From: Macrostomum lignano | Taxonomy: Eukaryota | NCBI GenBank assembly: GCA_002269645.1 | Contig: NIVC01002933.1 | Coordinates: 65,575-129,574 of the forward strand | Length of the DNA stretch: 64,000 nt | Direction of reading: 5' to 3' | Shown here: positions 37,244-48,746 of the stretch, piece after piece | Position numbering within the stretch: position 1 is the stretch's first letter | How the letters are laid out: each line of letters opens with the position of its first letter | Position numbers and translations under genes: made by a program | Notes under the pieces: model-generated | Database searches by the model: none | What the model was told of the DNA's origin: nothing | The model's input: the letters and a program-made list of their open reading frames with translations, nothing else

Positions 37244-38011
37244 ATGGTGCTCACCCTCCCAGTCCCGCCGGCCGTGCGCTGGACGGTACAGCTCGGCCCC
37301 GTAACTGACGCATCAGACGCGAATTCGAAGGCGCTTGCCTACATGGCGGCGAACCCGGGCCTGCGGTGGCTGGGCTCCTGGAAGGCCATCCGGGACGGCA
37401 GGCTGACCGAGATTGAGGTCTCGTCTGAGGGGAGCATCGTGGTGTCCGTTGGAAGCACATCCGACAGTCGGGATGCGAAAAGCAAGACTGAGCTCTTTCT
37501 CAGAAAGAAGCCGTACCTAAAGTGGATCGGAGACTGCACAGCCGCTGGTTGGCACGAGAACTTCGAGATCCTGGTGGAGCCGTACCTGCCCAGCCAGTGG
37601 CCTATGCAGGGGGGCACCGAGGGCTCGTGCCTGCCCGTGCAGATGCAGCTCAAGATAAAGAACGCGACGCCAGAGGCCGTTACTCGAGTTGTCGCGTGGG
37701 TCCTGGATGAAGAAGAGTGGGGCGCCAGGTCGCCGTGCCACCAGCTGACGGGATGCAGAATCGCAGCCGGCCAGAGTCTGCAGAGGCAGCTGGACCTCAA
37801 CTTCTGGCACTGGTTAGCCCAGTTCGGCCTGCGGCTAAAATTCCAGACTGGCCGGTGGCTTGAGTGCGAAGTCAACGGCAGAATTGCCATAGACTGCGCC
37901 GCGGAAAAGAGCTGGAGCTGTAGGTCGGACCGCCCGGGTCTGTCCGCCTGCCCCCTGCCGCATCCGGACTCGCAGCTGCTGGAGCTGCTGGCAGTGCCAG
38001 AGCGCGTCTGA
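37244..38011 (+). CDS. Single-ORF paralog of 31540-32295 (candidate MVL-like repeats + unknown domain)
   Basis: 255-aa ORF. VQLGPVTDASDANSKALAYMAANPGLRWLGSW...EIEV. Shared KPYLKW, FEILVE.YLP..W, G.CLPV, LD.NFW and FQ.GR.L...VN. Confidence 0.72.
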   Translation: MVLTLPVPPAVRWTVQLGPVTDASDANSKALAYMAANPGLRWLGSWKAIRDGRLTEIEVSSEGSIVVSVGSTSDSRDAKSKTELFLRKKPYLKWIGDCTAAGWHENFEILVEPYLPSQWPMQGGTEGSCLPVQMQLKIKNATPEAVTRVVAWVLDEEEWGARSPCHQLTGCRIAAGQSLQRQLDLNFWHWLAQFGLRLKFQTGRWLECEVNGRIAIDCAAEKSWSCRSDRPGLSACPLPHPDSQLLELLAVPERV

Positions 38012-38429
38012 ATGAACTCGGAACTCAGTGTCTGTGGCGTATTACTCAGATGTAAAATCTGCTCTCAGCAGTATTAGTAATCTCATTGCTCAATAGTATA
38101 GAAAATAGATTTTATACAGACACCCGAAGAGGGACCACTTTTGACGAAAATGTCAAAACCTTCCAGGGGTCATGAGCAAACGCATATACTTTATCGAGGT
38201 TGTGTTAAATATTTAACATACGAGTATTTGCCCAACTATACTGCTTCGTTGACTTTTTCGCGCTTTTTATGAACAAATGATTATACTACTGTACTCCATT
38301 CCATCCACTCTACAGAGTTACATTATAAAATTTGCTAAAAAGCTCAGCTGGTTCGGATTTTCACTAGAAAAAAGGAATTCAGAAAATTACTTTGAAATAT
38401 CAAGTACGACTAAGCTTAATACGTCAGGG

Positions 38430-38617
38430 AGTCGACGCTACAGGCAGCTACAGGCACATCAACAAAGCGGCACCCGATCGCTACGCCGCCACATCATCTG
38501 CGCCCAGTCGCACTGCCTGCAGCCGGTACAAGAGCTGCTGCTGCTGACACTGCAGGTACCCTACCGGCGAGGGAAGGCGTTTTTCGACTGCCTGCTGGAT
38601 GACGCCGGCGTCCCAGA
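38430..38617 (+). mobile_element. Non-LTR retrotransposon 3' ORF relic, continuing at 40001-40050
   Basis: RRHIICAQSHCLQPVQELLLLTLQVPYRRGKAFFDCLLDDAGVP continues in frame as DSRLLRDAS after the inserted element is removed. Confidence 0.55.
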
Positions 38618-40000
38618 TGTAACAGGTAGGATTTTGTGTCCATCCTGCCTGCACCTTCTGCTCACGTCGGATAACAAAGAATTGAACTCGAAGCACGGTT
38701 TTTCTGGGCCCAGGCTGCTGCGGCCTACAGCCCAGCCGAGGCAATGGCCATGCCTTTAGGCCCGCAGATGCGGGCGAGAGCAAAGTGAAGCGAGCGCCTC
38801 CACTGTCTCTCCTTTTATTTAAAACACTGCAGAACAGGCGCGTGGGAACGTAAACTCTTAAAGGCTACACAGAACAAAATGCAAATTTCGCAGCAAGTTT
38901 TTGGTGCAGACGTCCTTCGCAAATATGACTGCATTTTATGCAGCTCATATCCCTCCGTGGTTCAAAAAAACTTCGACACCTCGAAGTATTGTTGAAAGTT
39001 GAACCGTACTTGAAAATATCAGCCATGAGTATAGTAATGTTGGACTCCTCCAGCCGGGTCGCTACCATTCTTCAGTTCGCGCTGCTCTAAGGGGGTCAAC
39101 CTTGAAGTCCGCCACCTCGGAAACGGGCATGCAGTCCTCGTGAGCTATCCTAAGTAGCTTCACCGGCATGTCTATGGCATGCACAGATCGTGCTCCGGTC
39201 TTCCTGCCGGATGCACCGCAGATTTCCCTCACCGTCTTCTTGCTGTGGGGAGACGACTCTTGGCCTTTGGGCCGAAAAACTGCTCCGCTTTTGAGACGCA
39301 TCGCCTCTCAGGGCAGGAAAATTGATCTGCATGCCGGTCGCCGAGACAGTGACGCCGGGGCTGACTCTCTTCTTGTCGATCCATCCGAACGGCTGTTGAA
39401 CACGCGTCAGTTGGGGCGGCGGCTGCACCGTGGTGGCAGTTAAACTGAACCACCGTTGCGACTTAATGCAGTCAAGCACGCCAACGACGCAAGATGTCCT
39501 CTGGTCGCCGGATCTCGATTTGCTGATGTTGTGCTGTCCTTCAACCGGCTTCTATTCAACCCTCTGTTATCCTTCGTGACAGGAACTTCGTCTAGCAGAC
39601 TGTATTCAAGCGCGTTTCAAATTTCAACCATACTTCGAGGTGTCGAAGTTTTTTCAACCACGGAGGGATATGAGCTGCATAGAATGCAGTCATATTTGCG
39701 AAGGACGGCTGCACCTAAAACTTGCCGCGTAATTCGCATTTTGTTCTATGTAGCCTATAAGAGTTTACGTTCCCACGCGCATGTTCTGCAGTGTTTTAAA
39801 TAAAAGGAGAGACAGTGGAGGCGCTCGCTTCACTTTTCTCTCGCCCGCATCTGCGGGCCTAAAGGCATGGCCATTGCCTCGGCTGGGCTGTAGGCCGCAG
39901 CAGCCTGGGCCCAGAAAAACCGTGCTTCGAGTTCAATTCTTTGTTATCCGACGTGAGCAGAAGGTGCAGGCAGGATGGACACAAAATCCTACCTGTTACA
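38618..40000. mobile_element. Long-TIR DNA element with TGT...ACA ends and 5-bp TSD (Ginger/TDD-like, non-autonomous)
   Basis: About 395-bp inverted repeats (38618 to about 39013; about 39604 to 40000), termini TGTAACAGGTAGG / CCTACCTGTTACA, TSD CCAGA at 38613-38617 and 40001-40005. Confidence 0.88.
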
Positions 40001-40622
40001 CCAGACTCACGTTTGCTCAGAGACGCATCTTGTGACGCTGCTTTATTAAGACCGGAAAGCTTATTCTGTTTGCTGTTGTTGTGAACGCAACCTGAGCATA
40101 GTTATAAAATGGAAAACTTTAAATGCACTGAAATTCTCGACAAAGACAGTCCGCAAAAATCAGTTTCAGCAAAAATGAGGAGTTTGGGACAGACTTTACG
40201 GCTGTCTTTGATTCTATTTTCGGCTAATTTTACATACGCAATTCAGTAGAAGTGTTGGATTCCAAATCACTAATTTAGGTACCACATAACTACGTCATTA
40301 GGCATCAGCTACTTACTCATTGAAGGCGATCAGGTATAAAACACGCACTAAACTAATGCGGTAGTACTGCTCGCATCACAAGTGGTCGTCTGCATGCGTC
40401 ATGCCCAAGATATACTGTAGAGAAAAGCAACTAAAACGGAAACCAAATAGGACTGAACGCACAAGGTACAACTCAGTCTATTCAAGTGTGCGGTGAGCTA
40501 CTAAGAAATCTTTCCCACCCCAGAAGGAAGAGTGTACAAAGCATTGTACACGGTACAACTAATTAATTTGGCAACCAGTGGTGAAAGCAAATGGCGGCAA
40601 TCCTGGGTAAGCAAGCAAGTAC

Positions 40623-40692
40623 CAAGGACAACTTAAGTAGTATATATATATATATATAACGTATATATATAACGTAACTTCAGTTGTCCTTG
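40623..40692. mobile_element. 70-bp micro-MITE with 8-bp TSD
   Basis: CAAGGACAACT(T)AAGT ... ACTT(C)AGTTGTCCTTG around a TA-rich core. GCAAGTAC at 40615-40622 and 40693-40700. Confidence 0.8.
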
Positions 40693-40949
40693 GCAAGTAC
40701 ATTGTTATCTTTCCCTCTATTTTTGTTCACTGCCGTCATTCCGATCTACGCTCTTCTTTGCTTTCATTGCACGATTGTGCATTAAGGCAAAATAGAGAAT
40801 ACGTACCGGATGCACCTTGCAAAATGAAGGCAAAGTCTCACTCTATTTCACTCACCCCACAACTAAAATTCTGTATATATTTAGATTGACGGGTCCATGC
40901 TAACAATTCAATTATCAAGTTAACAAACTTCTCTGCTTCCAGTTCAGCC

Positions 40950-42213
40950 ATGTCCGAGCTGCCTTCAAGTGTGTCGGCAGCGAGGCCGGTCTCTGATCTG
41001 CCGGCTCACCTGCAGTGCAGCAGCTGCTCCAAGCCGCTCTTCAACGCCCGACAGACTCCGCACGGGTGTCGCCTGTGCCAGGCCTGCGTCACCGGCCTGC
41101 TGCACGAGGTGGAGAAGCGGCCCTGTCCCGGACACACCGAGACCTGCACACTCAGAGACCACCACTCGGAGGAGGACGGCGGCGGCGGCGGCAGCAGCGG
41201 CGAGGTCGAGATCGAGGTGAGCCGGGCTACCTGCTTTCCCGACATGGCGACAAGACGCGAGGTCGCCAAGCTGCGAGTCCGCTGTCCGAACTGCGACGCC
41301 GGCTGCTCTGTCCAACTCGAATGGGCTCGCATGGACCAGCATGTGCAACAGAGCTGCGACTGGCACTCACTCCGCTGTGAGCAGTGCAAAGAGCTCATCC
41401 TGAAGAAGGACATGCAGCGACACACCAGCAGCGAGTGTCGCCACAGGAAGGAGACCTGCGACCTGTGCTCTCAGCTAGTCACACACAGCGAGATGAAGAC
41501 CAGTCACAGGAATCTGCAGTCCAATGTGTGCTGTCCATTGTTCTTAGCCTACTGCCCTCACTGTAGCTACAGAAGCAGGAAGATGGACAGGCGGGGATAT
41601 GTTGCTCACCTGTCGGAGTGTCCCGAGAGACCGGTAGAGTGCAAGTACTCTCACCTGGGCTGCAGGGCGATGGTGCGCAGGTCCGATCTGGAGAGGCACT
41701 ACAGGGAGAGCATGGACTCTCACCTTGAGCTCATGGACTCGAAACTGAAGCAGGCAGCGATGGCTCAGCAGAGGCCTCGTAAGACAAATTTTAATCAGTG
41801 AAATAATCATGCAGGCGAAGCTGCCAGCATCAGATGCTTTCATTCTTGATAAAAAAATTTTCTCTTTTACAGCAGCTGCGGTCCCGCCGTCCTCCGCCAG
41901 TGCCGCAGCGTCCACCGATGCTCATGAAGTCGTCAACGTGAAGCGGCGAGTCGGCAGCGTCTTCGAGCAGTTCAAGAAGCTGCAGGTCAACGTGGCGAAC
42001 TGGGCTCACAGCACTATGGAGCTCGAGCAGCTCGCTGACAGGTTCGGAGGCGTCTCGCAGCTGCGGACTCTGCTGAGCGGACTGGACGAGCGGACGAGGA
42101 GCGTCGAGCAGCTGCAGCAACAGGTGCAGCAGCTCCAGCAGCAGGTGCAGCAGCTCCAGCAGCAGGTGCAGCAGCTCCAGCAGCAGGTGCAACAGCTGCA
42201 GGAAAGGATTTGA
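40950..42213 (+). CDS. TRAF-like copy 7, intact, with divergent zinc-finger patch and four heptad repeats
   Basis: Exons 40950-41778 (C|GTAAG) and 41873-42213 (TTTTACAG|CA) join in frame. Confidence 0.9.
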
Positions 42214-42748
42214 TGCTATCATTGGTTCTCCTCGGATGTTCATGAACCAATGGTGCAGCTGCACACAACTTCGAATTTTATTCGTAACCTGATAGATTAA
42301 ATCAATAATCAATGATCGATGCCTTTTAAGCACTAGCAACTTAGCATCTTAATGGAACTTGCATGTTGTTTTGCAATGGTATTTCAAGCATAAAAGTGAC
42401 AACCGAAAAAATTGCTTATTAAAAATCTGTAATGCTTAATACCTTGTTGTTTGTGGTGCAGATAGCCTTTGTTAATGATACGCTGGTATGCTAAAATATA
42501 CAAAAAATGGCTCATTGTCGTCTCTGGCAGCACTGGATTAGGGCAATATACTCGTGGTACCTGAGCACTGCAAGGCTCCAATCATTACCAAAAAATGATA
42601 CGCCTCAAAGTACGGAACAGTGGAGGTTAGTCTAAGGAATTCGAAAACAAAATTGGTCATAGTGGTTCAACTGCCTGAGGTTTTATAAATGAGGTTTATT
42701 TACTATTCGAGATGCTGGATAAGCTAGTCAATATCTTTAACAAGGCCA

Positions 42749-44443
42749 TCACGCCACAGTTTTTGACACTTGCGTCACAGTAAGCGGTAGCGAACCTACG
42801 GAGGAGCAAGTCGCCTTCCGCCGAGAGCTTGCCAGCCTGTACAGCAGGTCGACCAGCTCGGCGATGATCGCGATGGACAGCCCGCACCAGATGCCGCAGA
42901 TGCTGCCCACCTGGCACAGGAAGACAGCCGGAGTGGTGATTGGAGTCTGGCGAAAGCTCTGCAGCATGAAGGGGTTTCTGCTTACCTCGGCCATGAAGGC
43001 CCGTGGTCGAGAGACGTTGGAGCAAAGCTTCTCTGCTGAACTCTTCGAGCTGGCGTTGGTCAGCAGGGCGGCTTCGACATCCGAGATCCCGGCGCCCTGG
43101 TAGTTGACCTCGTAGATGGCCTGCTCCATCACGCAGCGCTGGAGATCATTCATGGGGACGTAGCTGGCACCCGAGACCGTGGCCGGGAACCAGAACTCTC
43201 GGCAGGAGCTCTCGCAGTTTTCATCGTAGACCTGAGACGAGCTCAGGACGTCGTCAACGCAGAAGTCCCTTTTGGAGAAAGCTTCAACTGAGTCGTCTGG
43301 TGTGAAAGCGTTGCATCGCATCGTGCGGTCCGTCAGGTTCAACAGGCCGATGTCGAGAGTACAGTTGCATCGCCGATGCACTTCTTTGCGAATCGCCTGC
43401 ACTATGCACATCTCTTTGGTGTACTTAAAGTGCCGGTGCCGCACCGTTCCGTTGTCTACGCGGTACTCTGTCGACCATCCAGACAGGCTGTTGCACTTCA
43501 GCCTTTGCAGCCTACTCTGAGTGAACTTCACCTGGTTGTAGTAGTTGCTTGGCAGTAGCAGTCTGTTGTGGGTAAAGGGCACCTCTAACTCGCTGTGCAG
43601 GTCGAAAACAAAGCCATTGGTGGAAGTGAGACCGTCGATGGGGAATCCAGTTGAAAAATGATTGTCAGTTGACGAGTTGGTGGCGTTTGCTGCGTCCGGA
43701 GCGGTCGGAATCACCAGAACAATTGACTGGGTGAGCTTGGACAATGCGGCTGGCAAAGTCACTGTGTAGCAGCTGAGGTAGTCTGGATGGTGGAATGGCA
43801 CGAGAGTGTAATCGCTGGGCACCAGCCAGATCACTCTTCCTGTCACCTGCAGCATGCGAATGATGGGCGCCCCGATGCTTGCTCTCAGACTGGAGACTTC
43901 GTGCAAGCTTCTATTGGCCCGCGACAGGGTTCCCAGCACAGTGGCTATGTAGTTTCTGAAGCTCTCGATGAGAAGCAGGAAGCCTCTGTCAGCGCTTGGA
44001 TGCCTCAGATAGAACTTCTGCACGCGATCGCGAACGTGGCTAGAAAATTCGGCCGGAGTGAGGACTCGGCCGGCCGACAGGTAACTGAGTGCGCTTTGAC
44101 TCAAGCGCGTCCCGTCGCAGTAGGACACGCTGGGGAATGGCTGGTTCGCGCTGGAAGCGAAGTGCAGATCAACAAGCAGGTCGCCCTTGACAAAGTTCAG
44201 AGTCAGCAACGTCAGGTGGCAGGTCATGCCCGCAAAGCAGGCCAGCACAAAGCAGGTCCAGAACGCGCGCAGCAGGGCGCTGTCTGAATGAACCGTCCGA
44301 CGCAGCGATCGAATGGACGATTCGGCAGCGAACTGGGTCAGGTACGAGGATATCGGTGAGGCGTGCTGCATTGAGGAGCGTTCGGTTGCACTTGCGGAGC
44401 CAAGCCTTTTTCTGTTAGGCAATCTACCCTGTCTTGAATCCAT
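42749..44443 (-). CDS. DEG/ENaC (ASIC/degenerin-like) channel subunit, single ORF
   Basis: 564 aa. TM1 RAFWTCFVLACFAG..., FPSVSYC motif, Cys-rich thumb (C...C.C...C...C...C.ESSC), TM2 FLCQVGSICGIWCGLSIAIIAELVD. Confidence 0.9.
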   Translation of the reverse strand: MDSRQGRLPNRKRLGSASATERSSMQHASPISSYLTQFAAESSIRSLRRTVHSDSALLRAFWTCFVLACFAGMTCHLTLLTLNFVKGDLLVDLHFASSANQPFPSVSYCDGTRLSQSALSYLSAGRVLTPAEFSSHVRDRVQKFYLRHPSADRGFLLLIESFRNYIATVLGTLSRANRSLHEVSSLRASIGAPIIRMLQVTGRVIWLVPSDYTLVPFHHPDYLSCYTVTLPAALSKLTQSIVLVIPTAPDAANATNSSTDNHFSTGFPIDGLTSTNGFVFDLHSELEVPFTHNRLLLPSNYYNQVKFTQSRLQRLKCNSLSGWSTEYRVDNGTVRHRHFKYTKEMCIVQAIRKEVHRRCNCTLDIGLLNLTDRTMRCNAFTPDDSVEAFSKRDFCVDDVLSSSQVYDENCESSCREFWFPATVSGASYVPMNDLQRCVMEQAIYEVNYQGAGISDVEAALLTNASSKSSAEKLCSNVSRPRAFMAEVSRNPFMLQSFRQTPITTPAVFLCQVGSICGIWCGLSIAIIAELVDLLYRLASSRRKATCSSVGSLPLTVTQVSKTVA

Positions 44444-45239
44444 TTTCGTAGTCAGGTTGATGTTTGCATTCCCAGTGCCGCATCAGCTCAGGTTGATCAG
44501 CTGGATGGAAACTGTAGACAGTGAGAGATGATTGAGGCAGCTTTCATCGGTTGGTTGCGGAGGTCCGTAGTGTCTTTTAGCTGATCAGCAAATTGGGAGC
44601 GATCTGGCAAACAAGTGCTGAAACCCAGGCCATTAATTCCATGAGTTTAATTCCCACTCCCCGAACTGCGGCTGGGCAAACACGAGACGCAAACCCGTGA
44701 ACTGCAAACAGAGCGCTGCTCCTGCTCAGTTTGCAGTTCCTGTTGGTTCGCGCACCAAGTTCTGGTGCAGTACTGCGTCATGCTCGTATTTGCTAATACT
44801 GCGCTCTTGCAAACTCCTACCTGACAGAATCCCTTTGCAGTCGCTTGTCTTGCGGCTGTGGCCAGTTCTGTCAATGAGTTGCGTAGGAGGCGGTCCTGAC
44901 CTGTAAGAGCGGTGTCATTGATTGCAAGTTTGGACCAAAATCACAGAAAAACACTCGCACCACCCAGCGGCTGCACCCATCTTGATGCAATTGGCGATTC
45001 GAAGGCATAAAAGAAGCATTAAAGCCCTTCCCGTTAGTGTGAAAGTCAAAATTGTAATAGTAATAATTGTAATTGTAATAGACGAAATTACAATTACAAT
45101 GCATATCTCAAAACTACACAGTGCAATGTTTTTGGTAAACTTACGAACGTATTATTCACACCAATAAAAGCAGCTGATTCACACCATAGATTCGAGTCGA
45201 GCCAGCCTCAATCCTTTTCACTGCATAGTTTCCAATTAG

Positions 45240-45960
45240 CTCTGGCGTGCAGCCGGCGACACCCCCTTTCCCTCGAGCTGTTCGTCCTGCCTGCTGATGG
45301 ACTGCGTGCTCCGCAGGACTATGCAGGAAGAGGATGTCTTTGTAATCCCCAGCGCCGCAGCTCGCGGCATTCTGAGGTCTGAACCTCCTGCCTGGCCTAT
45401 GCTGACGACATAGCCCTTGTCTGCTGCGGCCCAAAGTCAGCACAGAGAGCGACAAACGTACCAGCTCTTCGAGGAGGTGCCCGCGTGGATTTGCAGATCA
45501 GCGCCAAAAAGACCGAGGTGCTCCATGTGGGCACTGAGACTGCCCCGCCTCAGCCGCTGCCCAATGGGGAGACAAGAGCCGCCTACCAGGACTTAAATAC
45601 CTCGGCGTCCCGGTCATGCGACCCAGTGTCATCATTCAGGACTGGCTGCAGCAGACTTGGCGTGCCTCCCACCAACTCGGCAGTTTTTCCGCTCAGCAAC
45701 AACACTAATATTCTGCTGTTCAGGAGAGCTGTGGAGCCCATCCTGCTCTATCGGCTGGAGGCGGTCCGCACGACAGCAACCCGCTTTGCTGCTCTGAACG
45801 CCTAGTACCGTACCATCGACTGCTGCGCAACTCTCTCGGATGCCGCTACCCAGAGTTGCTGAGCAACGAGCAGCTGGCGGCCCGATCGCAAGCACCGCCC
45901 CTGAGCCGACTGGCCCTGGTGAGCCGCTTTTGGGGGGATGCCTTCCCTCTAGCCTCCCTG
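45240..45960 (+). mobile_element. Degenerate non-LTR (LINE) reverse transcriptase
   Basis: LAYADDIALV at about 45392-45421, LQISAKKTEVL, frameshifted KYLG, and an upstream GV.Q.D...LF-like remnant. Confidence 0.8.
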
Positions 45961-46413
45961 ATGCTGCACGACCCAACGAAGTCAAATTTAAATTTAAAGA
46001 GCAACACAACTATCAGTCAGGCAGAACCAGCTCTGAGATAAGTTCATTTTCAACCGCTAGCTTTTCCACGTTGCAAAAGAGATCTATTTTACCTTTTACT
46101 TGAAGGGGCTACTGCAGCCACAGAGAGCTTGTTCCAGCATAGAGAGTAAGAGAACAACAAAACATATAAGCTATTGTAAAAAGGCGAGATACCTAATTGC
46201 AAACGACATCCATTCGTGCAGGAGCGTAAGCGGCCAACGGAGAACTACCCAATAAATCATGAAGGCGGTACAGCCGAGTAAGAGAATCTATATAACTAAA
46301 TCTCTAATATCTACCTAAAGATAGCGGGTACCACCGCATACCTAAGCAAAACGTTTTAAACTCGACGCTCAAAACGAAAGCTAGTTGGATCAGCATCGCA
46401 CCAAAAAATTCAA

Positions 46414-47767
46414 ATGGCCTTTGAGCTGCCCCAGCGAGTTTCGGGAGCCCAGGCGGTCTCCGCTGTACCGGCCCATCTGCAGTGCAGCAGCTGCTCCAAG
46501 CCGCTCTTCAACGCCCGACAGACTCCGCACGGGTGCCGCCTGTGCCAGGCCTGCGTCACCGGCCTGCTGCACGAGGTGGAGAAGCGGCCCTGTCCTGGAA
46601 ACACCGAGGCCTGCACACTCAGAGACCACCACTCGGAGGAGGACGCTGGCGGCGAGGTCGAGGTCGAGGTGAGCCAGGCTACCTGCTTTCCCGACATGGC
46701 GACGAGACGCGAGGTCGCCAAGCTTCGAGTCCGCTGTCCGAACTGCGACGCCGGCTGCTCTGTCCAACTCGAATGGGCTCGCATGGACCAGCATGTGCAA
46801 CAGAGCTGCGACTGGCACTCACTCCGCTGTGAGCAGTGCAAAGAGCTCATCCTGAAGAAGGACATGCAGCGACACACCAGCAGCGAGTGTCGCCACAGGA
46901 AGGAGACCTGCGACCTGTGCTCTCAGCTGGTCACACACAGCGAGATGGAGACCAGTCACAGGAATCTGCAGTCCGATGTGTGCTGTCCGAGATTCTCAGC
47001 TCGCTGTCCTCACTGCTCGGAGCGGAGCACACCGATGGACAGGCGGGGATATGTTGCTCACCTGTCGGAGTGTCCCGAGAGACCGGTAGAGTGCAAGTAC
47101 TCTCACCTGGGCTGCAGGACGATGGTGCGCAGGTCCGATCTGGAGAGGCACTACAGGGAGAGCATGGACTCTCACCTTGAGCTCATGGACTCGAAACTCA
47201 AGCAGGCAGCGATAGCTCAAAATAGCCATAGTAAGTTTTAAGCTGCTAGTTGAAGTAGTTTGACAGTTTTTTGTTGCTATTTTCGAAATTACTAGTAAAT
47301 AACAAAAAGTGTTGTGTTACAAAGCTGCGCTTAATGAATCATAATTTTATCACTACCAGAGTAGCAGATACAATAGCTGCTTTTCTAGCTGCGATCAGCA
47401 GAACCAATTAGTAACTCGAAAGCCCCATACAAGTTCGTTGCCAACCTCCTCTTCCACAGCCGCAGTCGCGCAGCCGACTGTCCGGCCCGCTGACATCCCC
47501 GAAGCGGCCGCCATGAACCGGCAGGTCGGCAACATCTACGGCAAGTTCAAGGCGCTGCAGAAAGGCGTTTCCGACTGGGCTCACAGTACCGTCATGTTTG
47601 AGAAGTTGGTTGAGTCTTTAGGAGGCATCACACAGTTGCAAACCCTGCTCAGATTGTTCGATGAGCGCACAAGGCAGTTTGAACAGCTGCAGCAGCAGGT
47701 GCAGCAGCTTCAGCACCAAGTGCAACAGCTGCAGGCCGCGCAGCCTTCAAATTCGTATCGGGCCTGA
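46414..47767 (+). CDS. TRAF-like copy 8, standard exon 1 with a divergent coiled-coil exon 2
   Basis: Exons 46414-47230 (A|GTAAG) and 47460-47767 (TTCCACAG|CC) join in frame; ends YRA-stop. Confidence 0.85.
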
Positions 47768-47918
47768 CCTGCGCTCAGACACGGCTTGGAGCGCTTTTGG
47801 ACTCTACAGAATCACTGATTTGAGATTTGAGAGTCTTCTTTGCATCTCAAACTTTGCATAAGTACAAGTATATTTGAAAATTCAATAAAGTTATATCCAG
47901 ATTGAAATCTAATTTTAA

Positions 47919-48178
47919 ACATCAGCACACCTCACAGGTACATCAGCACACCTCACAGGTACATCAGCACACCTCACAGGTACATCAGCACACCTCACAG
48001 GTACATCAGCACACCTCACAGGTACATCAGCACACCTCACAGGTACATCAGCACACCTCACAGGTACATCAGCACACCTCACAGGTACATCAGCACACCT
48101 CACAGGTACATCAGCACACCTCACAGGTACATCAGCACACCTCACAGGTACATCAGCACACCTCACAGGTACATCAGC
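47919..48178. repeat. 21-bp tandem repeat ACATCAGCACACCTCACAGGT
   Basis: About 12 perfect units. Confidence 0.95.
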
Positions 48179-48746
48179 AGGAGTCCCAAAGGCCCTTAAA
48201 AGACTCCCAAATCAAAGCCATAACTTGGTTAAAGCACAAAAATGAAACAATATATTTAAAGCATCAAATTTCAAATACATTAATGTTTACGTAAAAAATC
48301 GGTTATATCGAGCATTATTTATTACGGTGTAATCCATGATTTACATATGGATTAAATGTTAAACTCAATCGTATTAAATTGCAAGCTAGTCGTCAAATAA
48401 AAAAATTCAAATTGCCAAAAATTTATCAATTAATGCTGCAAAACACTGAAAAAACTTAATCAGAATAGGCTTCAAATGCCAGCGAAACGCATGGAGAAGG
48501 TAGAAAGTTTTTGACAATACCGGTATTAGGCAAAAATCGCTTTAAGAATGCGCCACAAGTTATCAGAAAGAGAAAACTGAAGCTCGAGACAAATTTTGCA
48601 CCTCCTAACGCTAATGCGCATGCCAGAATAACAAAAATATTAAGTTCTGAAAGATACTTTTATTGAGAATACTTTTTCAGATTTTCTATTCTCTAGCATC
48701 AAGTCTCTTGGCCTCAGTACTTCAAAAGAAGCAGGCTGTCAGTGGC

